Of a DNA stretch of 32,000 nt, positions 31,976 through 32,000 are shown one piece after another. The translations under genes and the position numbers were made by a program. The notes beneath the pieces were generated by a model. That model was not told the origin of the DNA, did not search any database, and saw only the letters and a list, made by a program, of their open reading frames with translations. Source of the DNA: Candidatus Saccharimonadota bacterium (lineage in GTDB: Bacteria; Patescibacteriota; Microgenomatia; UBA1406; GWC2-37-13); NCBI GenBank assembly GCA_016432445.1, contig CP066689.1:450001-482000 (forward strand). The letters are read 5' to 3'. Position 1 is the stretch's first letter; each line of letters starts with the position of its first letter.

Positions 31976-32000
31976 AGGGATAAATTGGACTATTCTAGCA

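Overview
AT-rich, very compact bacterial chromosome segment with 27 credible protein genes and one tRNA. Start/stop overlaps between genes are frequent and host genes show almost no Shine-Dalgarno sequences. The style fits a reduced-genome, CPR/Patescibacteria-like organism, but that placement is inferred from composition and gene content only.

Most of the window is housekeeping: guaA, class-I lysS, greA, tRNA-Glu(CUC), pepF, alaS, nnrD, secA, glmS, ftsH, a 5'-3' exonuclease, and the t6A genes tsaC/tsaE and tsaD.

The observations worth a second look are:
- A roughly 0.9-kb GC-rich, SD-using two-gene cassette at 19.8-20.75 kb. It encodes a 39-aa TM peptide and a 168-aa acidic helical protein with a PspA/Vipp1-like N-terminus. 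It sits behind a 21-nt motif that also occurs just downstream of the tRNA at 4.87 kb.
- A Y1/HUH (RAYT or IS200-like) transposase gene bracketed by same-orientation hairpin repeats that contain GTAG (17.14-18.03 kb).
- Several small palindromic or GC-rich elements inserted in frame into essential genes. The clearest is in glmS and carries a target-site-like duplication. Others are in tsaD, guaA, secA and a secreted-protein gene.
- Unusual domain architectures: class-I LysRS fused to a B3/4 domain, a TsaC-TsaE fusion, an apparently circularly permuted DsbA, and a tandem LuxR HTH protein.
- A consistent leaderless promoter layout, with a -10 box 5-9 nt upstream of the ATG. This includes two overlapping divergent -10 boxes between glmS and its neighbour.

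No rRNA, CRISPR array or prophage was seen. All functional calls come from motif recognition by eye, and no database search was run.
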